DNA of 64,000 nt from contig OX597830.1 in NCBI GenBank assembly GCA_951406725.2, positions 72,478,001-72,542,000 on the forward strand. Reading direction: 5' to 3'. Shown here one piece after another: positions 1 through 12,922 of the stretch. The position numbers and the translations under genes are program-made. This DNA is from Octopus vulgaris (Eukaryota). Position 1 is the stretch's first letter. The number at the start of each line of letters is the position of its first letter. Under the pieces are notes generated by a model. It was not told where the DNA came from. It searched no databases and worked only from the letters and a program-made list of their open reading frames with translations.

Positions 1-39
1 CTGCCTTCTAGAACGACACATTCCATCAACCACTAGACG

Positions 40-230
40 TCAAAATATTCAGCTCTGTACCATTAATTTGATTGTCAGTTGATTGACTTAACCACTTGAA
101 TATGTTCCTTAGTAGCTGGATATCTTTGATTGAGAGTAGAAGCAGTGGAGGTCATAATAACCTTGCGTGTAAAGAGATTCTTTGGGGTTTAAATAATTCA
201 CACCTGTCAAAATGGGTATTTCGTTCTTAA
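40..230 (+). mobile_element. Old diverged fragment of the same repeat as 14130-14587, opposite orientation
   Basis: Reverse complement aligns with ~14384-14580 (shared blocks such as gaattattYaaaccccaaagaatc, cagcYactaaggRacat, caactgacaa, gaatattt). Confidence 0.7.
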
Positions 231-1817
231 ATGAACTCTCAACGAATTCAAATTCTTATATTTACATTCTTAATGTAAGACCTATTGCACAACGAAGGTA
301 AAAACTATATGGCAAAGAAGGAAACAAGCAATAAGTGATGATCAAGAATAAGAAAGCGAGAATATGAAGGGCATAAATCTAATTTGCCTTATTTAGTCAT
401 ATACACCGCATAACCACTGGATGTAGAAATGCAACCAAATGATTAGAGATGTGTACTATGTTCACACTGTGACTTTCCTTTAGTTAAAATCTTTTGTTTG
501 ATTTTAAAATTACGTTAATGGCACTAAACCTGATTTTGTGCGTATCAGGTTTGTATGAAAATGTTAATAAGTTTAAGATAGGAAATCCGTAGTCTTTCTC
601 AAACGATTCTTATGTTATTAGTTACATTTCAATATTTATTTTATTTTTGTCACACTGTATGTTAAGTTATTGTCTTTCTAATATGGTGGTTTTATTTGGC
701 TCATATGAGAGGATTATACTGCAAGATATTTCGTAGTTTTACAATTTTGTATTTCTTTGCAAAAAATCTTGATACGAATGCAATATTGTAATAGTTGGGA
801 AGAACTATATCTAATGAATTTAATAAACACATTCACCAGCTGCTTAAATATATTTCTCTACGTTTTCTGAGTATTTAGTTTGTTTACTTTTCCCCCAAAA
901 TATTTCAAGGGGCAATCATTTTAAATGCTTAGCGTTTAAGTGATGTTTACAGTTGCTAAATGGCTATTGTAAGCATATTTATTTGTTTACTTGCGTTATA
1001 ACTTCAAAAGATGCAGAACTTTCCCCCAAATAACTTCAAAATTAGAAACGTTTTGTACCACACTATATGTGAAAGGATTGCAGAAAATTGGAGAGAATAA
1101 ACTGAAAAGAAACAAACATATGTACTCTATTAACATACAATACAGCTATGCACATTAGCTCGAAATAGAAATATATGACGTAAATTTTTTTTCAGACCTT
1201 CAAAAGACTAAACTTTACGGTAGATACAATAACGAGAGAAATATCAGAATCAGACAACAACTTCACATATAATATGAAGAACAAGTGCTGTGTAACTCCA
1301 GCTTAAAGGAAATCCACCAGCACAATAGTATAGAACTAAGGATAAAATGAATCCGAAAACGACAAAGGGCAACGAATACAAAGAGATGTATGTTCAAATG
1401 TCAACAGCAGTAAAGGGAAAGAAAATAAAGGAATAACTAAGTACTACAGTCACTCAATCACATGACATGCTCAGTACAGAGACGTAGAAAAAGTAAAATC
1501 AGTTAAAACAAAGAACATTTATAAACATAAAAATATTCAAAGTGTACATGATGGTATAATGAAAGAATATTTGTGTGAACATAAACGAACAAGGAAAAAA
1601 AGGAAAGATATATAAACAAATAACAACCGGTGAGTTTATTTTTCACAGGCTTTATAGGTTCTTCCAATATATAACAAAATTTTGTCTATTTTAACAACTT
1701 GGAACATTAGACTCAAAGTGATATTGTATTTTCTCTGAGAGGCTACTATTTCAAGACTTTTTTAACGTAATGCTGAACACCCGTGAAGACGCACAGACAT
1801 AACACACGTGTGTGAAT

Positions 1818-1919
1818 GAGTGTGTGTGTATGTATGTATGTATGTATGTATGTATGTATGTATGTATGTATGTATGTATGTATGTATGTATGTATGCATT
1901 ATGTATATATGTATTTATG

Positions 1920-1950
<31 letters not shown>
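1818..1950. repeat. (TATG)n microsatellite; representative of dozens of (TA)n, (TG)n, (TATG)n and (TAGA)n arrays across the window
   Basis: Directly visible tandem repeat; explains the [12 protein letters not shown] ORFs. Confidence 0.98.
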
Positions 1951-1951
<1 letters not shown>

Positions 1952-2823
1952 CATGTAAGTGTACATACACAATTATAATTATTGTAAAGTACTTACAAGA
2001 TATTCAATATTTCAAGTCCATTTCACACCGTGTTGAACACATATACTTACACGAGCATGTGTGTATGTATATATATATATATACGCACGTATGTATGTAT
2101 ATATGTATGTATGTATGTATGTATTCATGTATGAATGTATGTACGTATCCAGCACGATACAAGATGGACTTGAAACTCAGAAAAATATCGTAGTGTAGTT
2201 ACATTGTAATAATATGCATCATTTGTGATGTACGACCATCACTGTTTCCATAAATTTGATCAATCCATATATCATACGGTGGTGTAGTCGATGAAATGCC
2301 ACTAAAAATCTGGAAGATTATTTATATTCAATATGATCTTAGGTGAATTAATTTGCCAGATAAAGATTGTGTTTCAATACACAATTTGGTTTTGAACATT
2401 AATATGGAATTTGTACCCATCCCTGCGGTACGATTTCAAATGAACCTAGATACTCGTTTTATCGTGAGTTTATTCTTTCTTTATAAATAATATTCAATCA
2501 GGTTGTAACTTGACATGCTAGAAATGGGAGCCAGTTCTCCCCCAAACTAAATTTTTTCGTTCCGTCTTAGTACGTTTTTGGGTGCTCCGGAGGTCGAAAG
2601 GTGTTGGAATTATCAAAACTAAAATACGTTTGATTATAAGATTGTGCCAGCTTTGCTGAGCTTCCCTTATGTAAAAAAATGGTGGATTTATTGTAGAACT
2701 GGCATTCATTCAGAACAAGTGATTATAAATGTATACAACTAGGTGTATAATAAAATTATGTGGAGGACTCTATTATAGATAATACATTAATATATGTCAA
2801 AAATATTAGCTTCGTGCATCATA

Positions 2824-2887
<64 letters not shown>

Positions 2888-2891
<4 letters not shown>

Positions 2892-3231
2892 GATGTACTT
2901 GCATAGCAAGTAACTTTATCTGAGATCGTGTGCTGAAGCAACAAGAATTGCAGCGAGCAGGATGTTTATATGCCATTTAAGAACACATGAAAAGCCGTTA
3001 GATTTACTTCAACATTTAAATTAAATTCGTGTCAAGATATTTTCGTCCCTTTGAAACTGCGAACTGCTCACTGACAAAACGTCATGCCGCACGAAGCTTA
3101 GTTAGTGAACAGGTCACGGCTTCAAAATGACGAAAATATCTTCACACAAATCAAATTTAAATGTCGAAGTGAATCTAACGGATCTTCGTGTGTTCTTAAA
3201 TGGCTTATAAACATCTTCCACGCTGCAATCG
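2888..3231. mobile_element. Foldback element between two (TA)n arrays; ~130-bp inverted arms, each with an HHR-like motif (G3-C8 core)
   Basis: 2947-3075 is the reverse complement of 3101-3230 (roughly 80% by eye) with a 25-nt loop. Each arm reads GTYA-GTGARCA-G-stem II-GAAA-ATATCT-TSAC. Confidence 0.7.
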
Positions 3232-3266
<35 letters not shown>

Positions 3267-3267
3267 A

Positions 3268-3323
<56 letters not shown>

Positions 3324-3452
3324 CATACATACATACATACATACGTACTTTTATATAATTTGTACTTTTACTGCTTATGAAATCAGCGTATGATTTCAAG
3401 AGAAAACTTATAAAGTGACAAAGCGAGATGATTTTAAACCTAGTCGCGGTAA

Positions 3453-3514
3453 GAGCCACTGATGAGCATTAAGCTGCGTAAGCATTAAAATGCGAAATCA
3501 TCGATGATCTGTTG
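3453..3514 (+). ncRNA. Type I hammerhead ribozyme motif
   Basis: CTGATGA 3459-3465; stem II GCATT/AATGC with inner TGC-GTAA-GCA hairpin; GAAA 3494-3497; palindromic stem III ATCATCGATGAT; AUC triplet, predicted cleavage after C3509; stem I weak (gcca/tgtt). Confidence 0.8.
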
Positions 3515-3890
3515 ATGCTGTAGGGAAATTGCCTCCCTTGTCAGTCAGTCATTAATATAGTGTTTGTATACATATATTAATTTTGGTGCTGATTAGTAAC
3601 CTTTGTCACTTTGTGACGTATATAATTCTGCCTTTAGGTTGTGAAATTGCGAATTACCCACCCACACATTATATATATATATATATATGTATACATAAAG
3701 TTTGAAGTGGTGTCCGGATTTTATATTTTAAGAAAAATGAAGTAGTCAGGAGTTGAATGAACTATTTATAGATAATATTTTATCCAAATCCTGATCACCT
3801 CCATATATTTTAATATATATATTTATATAAATATATATATATATATATGTATATATGTATATATATATTTGTATATATGTATATACATAT

Positions 3891-3954
<64 letters not shown>

Positions 3955-5143
3955 TCGTGGTATTCAGGCTAAATTTGACGATTTTTGTCTTTGTATATAT
4001 ATATGTGTGTGTGTGTCTATGTATATACACGCGTTTATGGCTGCTTGTGTGTGTAAAGAGAAGGAATGCTTAGGAAGACGATAATAACAACTGTTGAGAT
4101 AGAAAATAATAATACAGCTCCGTTTGACTCCCCACTATCCGGTCACCCATTGCATATATTATTAATCCCAGCTGGTTTGATGGAAGATATATGTGATGTG
4201 ATCAAAATGCACATGAGGGGATTAACTGATAATTGAGTCTTTATGTTAATTCTTTCCCCGAGGAATAGCACACTGTCGGCGTAAATTAGAGAGATTGAGA
4301 GAGAGAGAGAGTGGGATTCGCTGTGCTATTTGAATATTTCTCGATTTAAACAATAGAAAATAACATATTACCGGCTTCTAGGTCTTGTTAATGTTATGTA
4401 AATATGTAGATTGTATTGTATAACGTTCGGCAAATACTGGTGGTCATAGTGGTGAGGGATATGGCGCTGGTGTGGTGGTAGTAGTGGCGTGCAAATAAAA
4501 AAAAGAAAACGAAACAGGTGTAGGGATGAAATGGAGGTGAGTGGGTGAACGTTGTGGTAACGGTGTTAGAGCACTGAGTTGGTTGGTGTAGGATGGTTGA
4601 GTTTTAGATTATAAGTTTTTAATATAAATTGCTGGTGATGGTGGTGGTGGCGTTGGGGGCTAATTGTTGATAAGTCTGTTCCAGTGTCTTCGTGAATGTG
4701 TGTATTTGAATGGGAGAGCGACTGGCAGAAATAATAGAGGGGGAAGAGTCAGAAACACAGAGCTAGTGAGAGTGTATATATGTGTGTGTCTATCTGAATA
4801 CCATAAGGAAGTGTGATGGTCAAGTAATTTTTGCATATCAGATCAGATTTTCCGTTTTGTTCTGATGTTTTCGCCTCGTTGTCAGTCGTCTATCTCTTCC
4901 TCTCCCTCAACCCTCCTCCTCTCTATCTTTATTCACTTAACAAATATTGATTTCCACTTCCACCTCCTACTTCTAATTTACATCTGCCTCTTTCTCTTCC
5001 ATCCCTTGAGACAATAGCTGTCCACCCATAGTTGAATTTCTTTGATAGTCTACGCAACGTTATTAAAGCTATTACGTTATATATCTATCCATATATACAA
5101 ATATATATATATTGTAGATATGTATATATATGTACATATATAT

Positions 5144-5191
<48 letters not shown>

Positions 5192-5193
5192 GC

Positions 5194-5233
<40 letters not shown>

Positions 5234-5236
5234 CAC

Positions 5237-5695
5237 TTACTCTTTACTCTTTTACTTGTTTCAGTCATTTGACTGCGGCCACGCTGGAGCACCGCCTTTA
5301 GTCGAGCAAATCGACCCCGGGACTTATTCTTTGGAAGCCCAGTACTTATTCTATAGGTCTCTTTTGCCGAACCGCTAGGTGACGGGGACGTAAACACGCC
5401 AGCATCGGTTGTCGAGCAATGCTAGGGGGACAAACACAGACACATAATTCTACCCAATTTCATTAAGATTTGCCATAGAGGCTTTACAAAGAGTAGCTTC
5501 CGGGCTGGACACACACATATATATATACATATATACGACAGGCTCTTTCAGTTTCCGTCTACCAAATCGACTCACAAGGCATTGGTGGGCCCGGGGCTAT
5601 AGCAGAAGACACTCGCCCAAGATGCCACGCAGTGGGACTGAACCCGGAACCATGTGGTTGGTTAGCAAGCTACTTACCACACAGCCACTCTTGCG

Positions 5696-5697
<2 letters not shown>
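5237..5697 (-). mobile_element. tRNA-derived SINE, family A (internal microsatellite, TGACTGAAACAAGTAAAAGAG tail), carrying a foreign insert
   Basis: Close match to the copies at 23643-24035 and 57960-58425; A-box/B-box-like head (TGGCTGTGTGG, GGTTCAGTCCC). Confidence 0.9.
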
Positions 5698-5762
<65 letters not shown>

Positions 5763-5771
5763 GCACACACG

Positions 5772-5853
<82 letters not shown>

Positions 5854-7332
5854 GACATAAGCACACAGTCACACGCAACTATTCCCCGACCTCAAAATGC
5901 TTTATGTTTTCCCTGTATAGTTTCTGCGGTTGAAATGAGAAACTATGCATCTTGCACTTTTTTCTGCTACTGCTATTCATAATTTTGTGCTGTTCTGCTA
6001 AGTAATTCCAATTTGCATCAAGATAAATAGAGGGATTGAATAGTCTACATTTCGGTTATAAGGCAGCAGCTTACTCTATCTTCCTACATCTTTAACAAAT
6101 GTCATCATTACGCCATTCTTCAATGATAAAGACCAGCGTTGCATCTTTTACCAAACTCTTTTGCTCTTCTAATGAAATTCACTGTTTGAGATATTTTTTT
6201 TTATAAAGAAGCAAGTAGTTTAGAGAACTGATGATATATAAATAGTCTTGCATATCTAATATTAAACAAACACCAGCAAACTTGGATGGTTTTATACTAA
6301 AGAATCTGTCCTCGAAAATTTGGTAATTGAGTATTTGGTATCATAACACGTCACCCTGGCAAAGTGGTCATTCCAGCATATAAAATAACATAAAATATGT
6401 CCGTAACCCAACTTCTCTTGAAATATATTTATCTTAAGTGTAAATGATTTACGCCAAGTTTTCTTTTTTCTTGTTTTGAAGTAAATCTTTTTAAGATTAA
6501 TTATATTTCGTAAAGTCTAAAACTGAATTTTTTTCCAGGTTTCACGGATGAGCGAAGCTTTTTGAAACCAGTTGTTGAATTCTTTAATTCGGTGACTTAA
6601 GAAAATACTAAATCTAATTTTTGCTTTATCTATTTTATCATAATTCTGAATTCATATGCTACACACAAAATGGAGCAAGAACTCTGGAGTAAAACAAAAA
6701 GTGGGTTTTTTTTTGTTTTGGAATTCATTGCTCTGGTGAAAAGATGATTTTTGGAAAGGTCATGTGAGTATGCGATTTGGAGAATACTGCGAGAGAAACA
6801 TGGATTTGTCAATTCTACCCTATTTCATTAAGATTTGCCATAAAGGCTTTACAAAAAGCAACTTGCGGTCTGGACGCACACATTGTTGAGGTGAATGATG
6901 AAACAAAGATGATATTGATGAGAGAAGACAAAAAACGCCCGCCGGTTTTCTGCTTCTGTAAAACATTCTTCTTTTTTTTCCAACAGAAAGAACAAAACGA
7001 GGTATTGAACATCTCAAGACAGTTTTTACAATTACTGGACATAATAGTCCATTACAAATAATAACATGGAATTACATACAATGAAATATTCAAAAATACA
7101 ATCAACACTAGTCCATTTACAAATGAGGCGCTGAGCCTCTTACACTTCATAACACTGAGGCTTTTCGACCTTTTTCAACCATGAAAGATTCTCCTTGAGA
7201 ATCTTTGATAATTATAGAAGACAGTGTCAATGGAAAATGTTAGCGCTTCAATAGAAATTGCATATTTATAGGTCTAATGGGAATGCGGGCAATTAAAGCA
7301 TCCCTTTTGGCACAATCACTAATAATTGCATA

Positions 7333-7510
7333 CCAGTGGGTGCTCAAAAGGTCCTGGACTTGGGGAAAACAAATACGGAAGATCAGTTAATTTTGATTTT
7401 ATTCAACACTTTCCCTTCTCAGATTCACACACTTATTGCAGCGCTCTTTCAGCTTTGTTAAGCCCTGTAAAAACCAAGAACTTTTCATCATCCCCCTATC
7501 TGGACAACAG
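7333..7510 (-). mobile_element. Mariner 3'-end fragment
   Basis: Minus strand encodes FLQGLTKLKERCNKCVNLRRESVE*, resembling a mariner transposase C-terminus; a TIR-like end follows TA at 7331. Confidence 0.65.
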
Positions 7511-8172
7511 CTACAAAGGATTTTACGCTACATAGAGGTGATGTGGTCAAATTTTGCAGCAACATAATAGATGCAAACTCTTTCAGTTACATATGGTAAA
7601 GATAACCAACAGCGAGCTATTATAATTGAGAAACTCAGTCGGATAGTTGTCAGCAGCGTTAACGTCAACTAAAGTGTGAAATGTTTTGTACCATTAAGGA
7701 TTGAGCTGTCACAGGCTGAATGATGGTGTCATTGATATATCCTGCTCAATGACATTTTGGGGAGTTAGAACGGCACATTTGAAAAACCACTCGTGATTTC
7801 TTTAGATCTGTGAGAGTTTACGCTGTGCATTCAAAAACAGTATGTACAAACAGAAACTGTAAGAATTCCTGTTCCAACGTTGCAACACTTAAGCGATTAT
7901 TTAGATTACCAGCGATGGTATTCGACAACTGTTTTTTCTTTGAGTGCTTCTCAGTTCAGGGGGATACCGGATTTTTCAGATTATCTCCATTGCAAATTCA
8001 GTGTTGGTTTCCATTACCTGCAAGCATAATAAAATGTTAACCTTATCTCAATGAGAAGATAACGTCAACAAATTAAATGTATTAATATTTCTAATTTCAT
8101 GATCCATTTTGAGTTGTTTTAGCACATTTTCAAATACAGACATCCATACATGCATATACACGCGCACGCACT

Positions 8173-8211
<39 letters not shown>

Positions 8212-8279
8212 CACAAACACACACACATACAGACACACATGTATCGAAACATTTGTAGTGATTATTAAAAAGCTGCCCA

Positions 8280-8465
8280 ATATAAGGCTGGAAACTTTGG
8301 GGGAGAGGGATAATCGATTACATCCATCGCAGTGCTCAACTTGTACTTACTTTATCGACCCCGAAAGGAGGAAAGGCAAAGTCAATCTCGGCGGAATTTG
8401 AAGTTAGAACGAAGCGAAGTTAGACGAAATACCGCTAAGCATACGATTCTGCCAGCTCACCACCT
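8280..8465 (-). mobile_element. SINE family B (central GCCTTTCATCCTTTCGGGGTCGATAAA domain)
   Basis: Similarity to copies at 29379, 39101, 54285 and 56755. Confidence 0.8.
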
Positions 8466-8495
8466 TATCTATATATATAATAACACATGCACATG

Positions 8496-8526
<31 letters not shown>

Positions 8527-8527
8527 A

Positions 8528-8565
<38 letters not shown>

Positions 8566-8918
8566 AAGGTTAAAAAAAAGAATCGAAGTAACAACTTGGG
8601 TATGTTTCAGTGTGCATCACTAACATGCATATTCGAATCTTCCTCAATTGCTGCTTTCAAATCACCACTATTTCGTTTCATCAATCACATTTTAACACCA
8701 GGGAACGTTGAAATCGGATTACTTTGATCCTGCATTATCCTGAATTGCTCATGATCCTCTCTACAATATTGGTTAGATATACTAAGGAATGAAGCTTTGT
8801 TTCAAGACTCATAAACATCATAACTATATCAAAATCCCCTTTTCTACATCGAAAGATTGGCTAAATTGCAGAAATCCACTTACATTATATAACAAGGAAC
8901 ACAAAAAATTTATTAATG

Positions 8919-8966
<48 letters not shown>

Positions 8967-9864
8967 TATATCTCCATACAGACACACATATACACACGCA
9001 GCACCATGTCAAATGCCATCCACACACATGCATGCATACGCACGCACACACACACACACACAACACCATGACAACCACACACGCGGTTGACAAACATACA
9101 CCTTCCTACCAAATATTACAGACACACAGACACATCTATTCACGCCACATATGTACGTATACACACACACATACACACAAAGACACACATACTCACCTCA
9201 TTCTGACCCCAAAATCATTGATGCTTGAAGGAGAGCCAAAAAAAGAAAAAAAAGAAAAGAAGGGTACATTCTTTTCAATTCCACATTTCTCCTAAAACGG
9301 ACAGGTTAGTTCTAACTTCACCACTATAATAATGTAAATCTTTTTGAACTCATAATATTCTGTATGTGTATACTGAACTTTTTTTAATAATTCCTCCTGG
9401 AAATTACCCTGAGATGTATAATATATTTGTTTTAATCTTTTCTGCCCATTTTTTCAATGAGCTTGTTAAACTTTTTTATATTCTCAACATACTGTTGTCA
9501 CCAAAGATTGTATATTTATATGGATTATAGTACTCTGTGTCAACCAATATTCTGTGCATGTTTGAATATACAGATACAGTACCAATATCAATTCCTTCTG
9601 GAAACTATCTTAAGTATGTCCTTGAGAACGATTATTTATGTAATCTTTTGTGCCCAATATTTTAAGGAACTTGTTGAACTTTTTATGTCCTTAACATGTC
9701 CCTGTTACCGAAGACTGAATATATATATGTAATGTAGCAATTTGCAACAACCAATAATTAACGCAACCAAACTTCCACATGTTACTTTTGACAACCTTTT
9801 TCCAAAGAGTGAAACCGGTAAAATAAATAAACACCTTTTAAATTGCATTTCCAAACCTTCTTTC

Positions 9865-9939
<75 letters not shown>

Positions 9940-10036
9940 AAGAGTATGATTAAGTTATAGAACGAAGTTCTACAAATCTATTCATATTTGTCGAAAATAG
10001 AGATGAGATGTTAAACGCAGTAAGAAGTTTAATGCT

Positions 10037-10082
10037 GCATACGATCGTTTCGAACGTAGATATAAATTCATTTTCAGAATGC
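10037..10082 (-). ncRNA. Decayed type I hammerhead-like motif
   Basis: Minus strand: gcatt-CTGAAAA-T-GAAT...GTTC-GAAA-CGATCG-TA-tgc; palindromic stem III ACGATCGT; G8 is A and stem I is out of register; ~105 nt upstream of a (TA)n array. Confidence 0.5.
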
Positions 10083-10228
10083 GTAAATATCAAAGGACTC
10101 ATAACTGCAGTGAAAATTAAAACTTAAAAGAGTATTTGGACCAATGATTTTCATGTCTATTTGTTCCTATCACTGTGTAGTAATAATGGAATAATAGGAG
10201 TCCTGTCACTTATTGAACCACAATTCAG

Positions 10229-10261
<33 letters not shown>

Positions 10262-10270
10262 AACAAACAA

Positions 10271-10336
<66 letters not shown>

Positions 10337-10338
<2 letters not shown>

Positions 10339-10625
10339 AGGCGCAATGGCCTAGTGGTTAGGGCAGCGGACTCGCGGTCGCAGGATCGCGGTTTCGTTGT
10401 GAGTGTTTATTGAGCGAAAACACTTAAAAGCTCCATGAGGCTCCGGCAGGGGGTGGTGATCCCTGCTGTACTCTTTCACCACTCTTTCTCTCACTCTTTC
10501 TTCTGTTGGCCTGCTCGCTTAGCCAGCGGGGTGGCGTCATTCGAAGGCTAAAACAATGCGAACGCATTGTGACCAGCGATGTGTAACAACAAATGATGGT
10601 CTGGTCGCTCACGTGATCACGTGAT
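10337..10625 (+). mobile_element. tRNA-derived SINE, family C
   Basis: tRNA-like head GGAGGCGCAATGGCCTAGTGGTTAGGGCAGCGGACTCGCGG; tail of TCACGTGA repeats. Confidence 0.75.
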
Positions 10626-10730
10626 ATATATATAGTCAAATAGAATAAATGAACCTTAAAAAGTAACAGTAACAAACAACGACAGGGCGTGCACATGTGA
10701 TATAATAGTTTGAGGCTCAGGAATAAGATA

Positions 10731-10766
10731 GTTTTAACGTTTCGAGCATAATTCTTCGTCGGAAAG
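10731..10766 (-). ncRNA. Minimal hammerhead-like motif in a ~150-bp TA-tailed element (~10633-10790)
   Basis: Minus strand: CTTT-CCGACGA-A-GAAT tat GCTC-GAA-ACGT-T-AAAA; homologous to the copies at 22381 and 59377. Confidence 0.55.
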
Positions 10767-11864
10767 GAAAAAAGGGAAAAGAGAAACGTCTAAAGAAATT
10801 TTCTTTTAAATCTCCAACATTTGTGTACTTATATTGCTATATCTATATACACACATGAGATTGTGAATCTTTGACTCTCAGTCCCTCTGTCTTTCTATGT
10901 CTTTTTACCTCTCTCTGACTATCTGACTCTCTCTTTCTCGTTTTACCTTCGAAACGTAGAGTAGATGAAACCATAGCGACTGAAGAAGGGTTTTTTTCCT
11001 TGTGTTATTTGTCCTGTACTCTATTTTTTTGTTGTTTAAAAAAATGTCCAGTTCCTTTGGTTTGTGTCTATGTTTTCGTTTCTCTTTGTGTTCGACGTCT
11101 TTTTGGTGTCCTGTACTCATATATGCGTGTATATGTACATGTAGAGGTAGGTACGTACATATATGTTTATATATATGCATATGTTTTATTTATTAATATA
11201 TATATATATAAATACTTACGCACACACATCAACGCATTTATGTATATACACACACATAGGCACAAACTTACTCACACATACACACATCTAAACCCAATCA
11301 CACATAAACACATCAGAAGACGGATGGCGGAATAGATGTCTCGAACAACTTCGTGTTTCAATCCGATCCTGCCTCTTTATACTGAAGTCGATAACACCTT
11401 TCCTCTCTTTCAAGATTGATAGAATATCTTCCATGCATGACCATCGCTATCAATGTTTTAAGGGCATGCACCTACATGACCGAGAGATAATGGGCAAACC
11501 CTTTAAAAGAATAAAATAATCTGAAATTGCATTAACATAAGTAATGGGTATTAAGTTTATTTTCAAGTCTTTAAATTTACAACCTGAAGTTTTTGAACGA
11601 AAGTGTTCATCTAAGTGTCTTGAAGCAAATGATACTTTCAGGGAGCAATTGAGTGAAACCATAAAGCTATTGGATCTCTTTAGGGCTGAAGATATCCTGA
11701 TGCCCGATGATTTAATAATCATGCACTGGCAGTTTGAAATAAATGGGTTCAGAAATACGATATTGTTTCTTTTTTCTTTTGTTTGTTTAGTCCTTTCTTT
11801 GATTTTTTTTTCTGTGGTTTTGGTAAAGATAGTTTATGCAGTTAATTATTACAACTTTCCAAGG

Positions 11865-12730
11865 GGACACGCTGACAAAATCGTTACCGCGTAGAGCAAA
11901 ATGTTTAGCAGTATTTCGTCCGGCATCTATTCCTGGTCAATAAAATAAGTACCAGTTGAGCACTGGGGTCGATGTAATCGACTCACGCCTGAAATTGCTA
12001 GCCGTGTGCCCAAATTTGAAACTAATTATTATTACCTCGGTTCATATTTAATCAAAATTTTAGCATAAGGCTAGCAGTTTTGGGGAAGGGAGTGCGTTGC
12101 TTACATCGACTGCAATATTCAACAGGTACATATTTTCTCGACCCTCAAAAGATGAAGGGAAAAAACGACCTCGGTGGAATTTGAACTCACAACGTAAAAT
12201 CAAACAAAATTGTGCTATGCATTTTGGCAAGCTTTTTAAGAGCTCGTCGTCTTAAACGTCTGTTATTAATGATACTATTTATTATTAATATTATTAGAGT
12301 GGCGGGCTTTCAGAACTGGACAAAATGCTTAATGGAATTTTTTTCAGCTCTGCGTTATGAGTTCAAATTCCACCATGTTCGACTTTGAGGTTCATCGTTT
12401 CAGGATCGATAGCTTAAGAGCCAGTGCAACATTAGGGTTCATGTAATAGACTAGTCACCTTCCGCAAAATGTTCATGCCTTGTGCCTTTAGCAGAAAGGA
12501 ATATTTTTATGACTACCATCATCATTGTCATTATTAACAGGCGGGCAGGCAGAATCATTAGCACAGAAGAAATGTCTAGCGGCATTTCTTACCGTTTTCC
12601 GCCTTAAGTTCAAATTGACTTTCATTCTTTCGGGGTCGATAAAATAATTACCAGCCAGTAGTTGAGGGTGCAAGGAAAATGAAGCAACCGCCTCCCCAAA
12701 CATTTCGGGTATTCTTCCAAAGTTAAAAAG
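11865..12730. mobile_element. Cluster of four decayed family-B SINEs (~11865-12025 +, ~12050-12250 -, ~12298-12500 +, ~12540-12730 +)
   Basis: Recurrent blocks gagttcaaattcc, ggggtcgataaaataagtaccag and actggggtcgatgtaatcgact. Confidence 0.75.
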
Positions 12731-12776
12731 AACCATTTTCTTTTTGTTTTGTTGCGTCGTCGTCATCGTCGTCGTA

Positions 12777-12777
12777 A

Positions 12778-12855
<78 letters not shown>

Positions 12856-12877
12856 CAGCAGCAGCAGCAGCAGCGGC

Positions 12878-12922
<45 letters not shown>
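12777..12922. repeat. (TAG)n/(CAG)n compound microsatellite; similar arrays at ~17164-17228, ~17400-17565, ~26530-26760 and ~52329-52413
   Basis: Directly visible; source of the poly-V/S/T ORFs. Confidence 0.97.

Noticed and set aside
6777-7061. 94-aa non-repetitive ORF MENTARETW...
   Set aside because: No recognisable family motif, no true ATG start, no clear splice sites; noted only as the donor of the 5446 insert.
10944-11000. CCTTC-GAAACGTA...CTGAAGA-AGG as a type II hammerhead
   Set aside because: Stem II pairing needs core nucleotides G8/A9, stem I does not form, and no GAAA follows the CTGAAGA for a type I reading.
11450-11894. Overlapping 90- and 116-aa ORFs
   Set aside because: No recognisable homology or splice signals; runs into T-rich sequence and a SINE.
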